This document shows positions 4,408 to 7,207 of a DNA stretch of 7,207 nucleotides, piece by piece. Under the pieces are notes generated by a model. It was not told where the DNA came from. It ran no database searches and was given only the letters and a program-made list of their open reading frames with translations. Numbering within the stretch: position 1 is the first letter of the stretch; each line of letters starts with the position of its first letter. A program made the translations under genes and the position numbers. The stretch is from Prasinococcaceae sp. CCMP 1430 (Eukaryota; Plantae; Prasinodermophyta), in contig RQSC01000077.1 of assembly GCA_013416795.1 (NCBI GenBank), forward strand, positions 1 through 7,207, read 5' to 3'.

Positions 4408-6549
4408 TCAGAGCGCCTCAACTTGCGCTCTCTTTGCATGCGCGGCAGCCGCGCGCCCGTACGCCGCCGCGAATGCTGCCGCGAATGCCGGCTCGGCGGG
4501 GTCGACCTCGTCCAACACCGCGACGGGCGTGACGTGGGGGAAAGCGAGTGTGCGCTTGCCGCGACGGTAACCCTTGCCGCTCGCGAGCACGCGCAGCAGG
4601 CAGCGCTTGCAGTCTTTGAGCGCACTCTTTGCCGGGACTCTCGCCTGGACAGCTTCAAGAGGGTCCTCGTATACGAAGAAGCCATTGGAGTGGTTGGTCA
4701 TCTTGCGGCCGAGCACGTACTCCGTGACGCCATCGAAGATGGACAAAAGACGCCGTGTCCCACCGCCGTCATACAGCACAGCGACGACTTTATAGGCCAC
4801 GAGGCTACGGGCGAACACGGGTGTGAAGTTCACCCCGTCGCCTACGCTTCCGAAGGTCCCCGCCGGCATGCCGTCAGCTGCAGCGTAGACATGCTCGCGC
4901 GCACTCGCGGCGCCTCCAGCCGGAGATACGCGCGTCAAGCTCAGTGTGTGCGGTCCCTCCGGTGGATGGGAGCGCAGAGAGCGCCGCCACATCGCCTCGT
5001 GCTCGGCACCTGTCGCCTCGCTGTCAGTCGCCATGACTCCCGCTGCTCTGCGCAAATGCACGCGCTCCGAGTCGAGAACCACCACGCCGCCCTCGTCGTA
5101 GTTGGTGAGCGCAACGCGTCCGCGACGAGGAGACGTGCTTGGACCATTTGCGCCGCGCCGAGCGCTGGCGTCGCTGGTGCGTACTGCGGCCTTGGACGGC
5201 GCGCCCTTGCGTGTCCTTCGAGCGCCCGCGCTGGCCGTCGCAGCGAGCGTCTCAAGCGCGCGTGCTCGCCGTCTGCGTGGCGGCGCGACCACAGGGCCGC
5301 CTCTGAAGGTGTTGAAGATGTTTGTGCCCCGGCGCATAGAGGCCGCAACGGCGGCGTCTACGTGATCCATCCCATCCATGCCTGTCATACCGCCGAGGAT
5401 TGCGTCCATCTCAGCGTTGTGCAACCGCAGGCCGGCTCGCGCGACTTTCATGGCCGCATTTGCCGCTGTGTGGAGCTCAAGGCTGAACGGCGGCGTCTTC
5501 AGTGCAAGTGCGTCGAGCCCACCTTCGAGGGCGCTCAGCAATCGCAGCCTGCTCTGAGCGTTCTCTCGCCGCAGCTGCAAGTTTCCGTCGAGCTCCACTG
5601 CCGTGGTGGGCTCGTCGGGCGCACGGGCGAGCGCCGCGACGCCCGCGTCTTCGTCGGAGTCAAGGCGCGCGTGCGGGCGTCTCACGATCACTGGTGCTGC
5701 ACTCGACCGAATGCTCCTGTAGCGCGCCGCGAGATCGGCGCGACTGCCAGCGCCGGAGCGTGCACGCCGCCTCGCAGCGTGCTCCGACTGACCGGCATGG
5801 GCGTCGGTGGCCCCTGCAGCGAGCTCCTTTGCTCGTCGCACCGAAGGGGCGACATCTCGGGCGTCGTTCTTGGCGCGCGTGCGCCCGGAGGCCGACGCTG
5901 ACGCGGGCCTCCCCGACGTCGACGCTCCTTCTGCGGCCGCTTCCCGTGCTGGAGTACGCTCAACAGATGCGCGCGCCGACGCTGGCCTACGCCCGCCAGT
6001 GGCTCGCCCGACCTTTCTGCTCTTCAAGCGCGCCTTGGGCGCCGTGGTGAGCGTCGACCCCGCGCGCGCCGCCCACTTTGCGTCCCTCGCCACCTTTTCG
6101 AGTCTGCGCTGCGCGTCCGACTTGGGTGCGTGCCCGAACGGGGCCGCAAACTCGCGCGATGTGCGAATGAAAGCAGCCACTTCCTGGAGCTTGGCAGATG
6201 CCTTGGCGTCGCCGGTAGGCCAGTCGGGCGCGCCGACGACGCTGCCATCCCTTGCTGGCGCGCTGGGCTGGCCGGGCGGGGCAGGCGGGGCGCGCACGTG
6301 GCCGTAGCACGTGCTAAGAACCCGCGGCTGAGGTGGCGCGCGCGCTCGCGCTGGCGCTCCCCCCCCTGCGCGCGCGCTCCCGTTCACCTCGTCTCCGCAT
6401 TCTTCCTCGCAATCGCCCGCGCCCATTAGCTTCGAGTCGGCTGGACCCACCGACGTCCGGTCGCTGTCAGCCGCCTCGTCCATCGCGTCGCCCTCTCGCT
6501 GCGCCCGGTCTGCGAACGCCTGTAGCCTCCGCAGCACGTTCTCATCCAT
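4408..6549 (-). CDS. Hypothetical protein (~713 aa from ATG 6549): long Ala/Arg/Ser-rich, probably disordered region with a few helical segments and a compact C-terminal domain
   Basis: Long ORF (track 4408..6909). The 120 codons before MDENVLRRLQAFADRAQ are repeat-derived. The C-terminal ~100 aa have globular alpha/beta character (AYKVVAV, LLSIFDGVTEYVLG, NGFFVYEDPLEA, RCLLRV, LAFPHVTPVAVL). A TGTAA follows the stop. Confidence 0.75.
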   Translation of the reverse strand: MDENVLRRLQAFADRAQREGDAMDEAADSDRTSVGPADSKLMGAGDCEEECGDEVNGSARAGGGAPARARAPPQPRVLSTCYGHVRAPPAPPGQPSAPARDGSVVGAPDWPTGDAKASAKLQEVAAFIRTSREFAAPFGHAPKSDAQRRLEKVARDAKWAARAGSTLTTAPKARLKSRKVGRATGGRRPASARASVERTPAREAAAEGASTSGRPASASASGRTRAKNDARDVAPSVRRAKELAAGATDAHAGQSEHAARRRARSGAGSRADLAARYRSIRSSAAPVIVRRPHARLDSDEDAGVAALARAPDEPTTAVELDGNLQLRRENAQSRLRLLSALEGGLDALALKTPPFSLELHTAANAAMKVARAGLRLHNAEMDAILGGMTGMDGMDHVDAAVAASMRRGTNIFNTFRGGPVVAPPRRRRARALETLAATASAGARRTRKGAPSKAAVRTSDASARRGANGPSTSPRRGRVALTNYDEGGVVVLDSERVHLRRAAGVMATDSEATGAEHEAMWRRSLRSHPPEGPHTLSLTRVSPAGGAASAREHVYAAADGMPAGTFGSVGDGVNFTPVFARSLVAYKVVAVLYDGGGTRRLLSIFDGVTEYVLGRKMTNHSNGFFVYEDPLEAVQARVPAKSALKDCKRCLLRVLASGKGYRRGKRTLAFPHVTPVAVLDEVDPAEPAFAAAFAAAYGRAAAAHAKRAQVEAL

Positions 6550-6584
6550 CGCGCCCCCCAGCCGCACGCCTCCTCCCAGCGCCT

Positions 6585-6608
6585 CCCCACCCACGCCCAC
6601 TCCGCCCC
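6585..6608 (-). other. Canonical G-quadruplex motif in the putative 5' UTR of gene 3
   Basis: The minus strand reads GGGG CGGAGT GGG CGT GGG T GGGG. Further G-tracts lie at 6622-6624, 6575-6577 and 6554-6559. Confidence 0.55.
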
Positions 6609-6776
6609 ACGCCACACCACTCCCTCGCCGCCGTGCCCCGCGCGGGGCGCTGCGGTGTGCCGCACCGCGTCCTCCGCACCGCGCGCCCCCTGCGCCCCCT
6701 GCGCCCGGCCGCAGGAGCAATTGAGCGCGTGCGTTTTTGATTTCGGGCCCACACGCGCGCGCAGGCGCAGCAGGCC

Positions 6777-6838
6777 CGCGTGCGTGCGCGCGCGCGCGCG
6801 CGCGACGCGCGCGAACGCGCACGCGCACGCGTGCGCGC
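6777..6838. repeat. Alternating purine-pyrimidine tract including (CG)9, Z-DNA-prone
   Basis: Unbroken alternation over 6777-6804 with (CG)9 at 6787-6804, and a second alternating run over 6815-6838. Confidence 0.8.
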
Positions 6839-7018
6839 CCCCCGGGCGTGCCGCAGCCCACCAGCCCACCCGACGGGCGCGCGGGGAACGGCTCACCATC
6901 AAAACGCACTCAGGAGGTGGGGAGGCAGGCGAAATCGATAATGGTGCTTCGAGCTGAATGCTCAGAATGCACTCCGTGCGCGGGCAGACTCTGCGGTGCG
7001 GGCGCGCGCGCCCCGGCA

Positions 7019-7064
7019 TTTGCTTTGTTTTGTTTTTTGTTTTGTTTTTCCGCGCATTTTTTTT
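7019..7064 (+). repeat. T-rich (TTTTG)n-like tract plus T8 in the divergent intergenic region
   Basis: TTTGCTTTGTTTTGTTTTTTGTTTTGTTTTT (7019-7049) and T8 (7057-7064), in sharp contrast to the GC-rich background. Confidence 0.8.
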
Positions 7065-7182
7065 GTCGCGCACGCTGTGCTGCGCTGCGGCTGCGCCGGC
7101 CGCCGCCGCCGCCGTCTCCGTCTCCGTCGCAGCCCCGGCCTGCTGCCACAAGCGCCCGCCCGCGCGCCCGGCACGCGCCACC

Positions 7183-7207
7183 ATGGGCAAGCGGCGCGCG
7201 CGCGACG
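7183..7207 (+). CDS. Probable 5' end of a downstream gene (MGKRRARD..., truncated by the window)
   Basis: Perfect Kozak context GCCACCATGG (7177-7186), an open frame to the window end, and a basic N-terminus. Only 8 codons are visible. Confidence 0.45.

Noticed and set aside
4279-5901. 540-aa + strand ORF overlapping gene 3
   Set aside because: It is in exact codon register antisense to the 4408..6549 gene. Such shadows arise because TCA/TTA/CTA codons are rare in GC-rich genes. No motifs were recognised.
6635-6706. 14-bp palindrome GCCCCGCGCGGGGC and short tandem duplications (CCGCACCGCG x2, GCGCCCCCT x2)
   Set aside because: They are composed almost only of G and C and are expected by chance or slippage at this composition.
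6426-7190. 254-aa minus-strand ORF and the 6550-6909 extension of gene 3
   Set aside because: They translate the T-rich, (CG)n and G-tract repeats of the intergenic region, and the ORF starts at a TTG.
1-7207. CRISPR array, tRNA/rRNA genes, transposon ends, prokaryotic operon or defence system
   Set aside because: I saw no regularly spaced repeat-spacer units, cloverleaf, terminal repeats with a transposase, or Shine-Dalgarno/operon organisation. The genes are eukaryote-specific (STN1, TYW5).

Overview
Very GC-rich, gene-dense DNA with no apparent introns. It looks like a eukaryotic microalga: TGTAA sits downstream of two stop codons, all four candidate starts are ATGG, and STN1 and the AKR C-terminal tail are plant-like. 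The lineage cannot be fixed from this window. Three complete genes and the probable start of a fourth are present. (1) On the + strand, ~422-3004: a tripartite in-frame fusion of a TYW2/Trm5-N-like module, a TYW5 JmjC tRNA-wybutosine hydroxylase and an aldo-keto reductase with an intact catalytic tetrad. This is the most striking feature. (2) On the - strand, 3158-3760: a short, OB-fold-only STN1 of the CST telomere complex. Its upstream region carries a nine-tract G-quadruplex array, a C23-G28 self-complementary homopolymer and a TTTAGGG-type telomeric motif. (3) On the - strand, 4408-6549: a large, mostly low-complexity protein with a compact C-terminal domain of unknown function. (4) A probable + strand start with a perfect Kozak context at 7183, beyond a divergent intergenic region containing Z-DNA-prone, G4-prone and T-rich tracts. 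All family assignments come from my recall of motifs, not from database searches.
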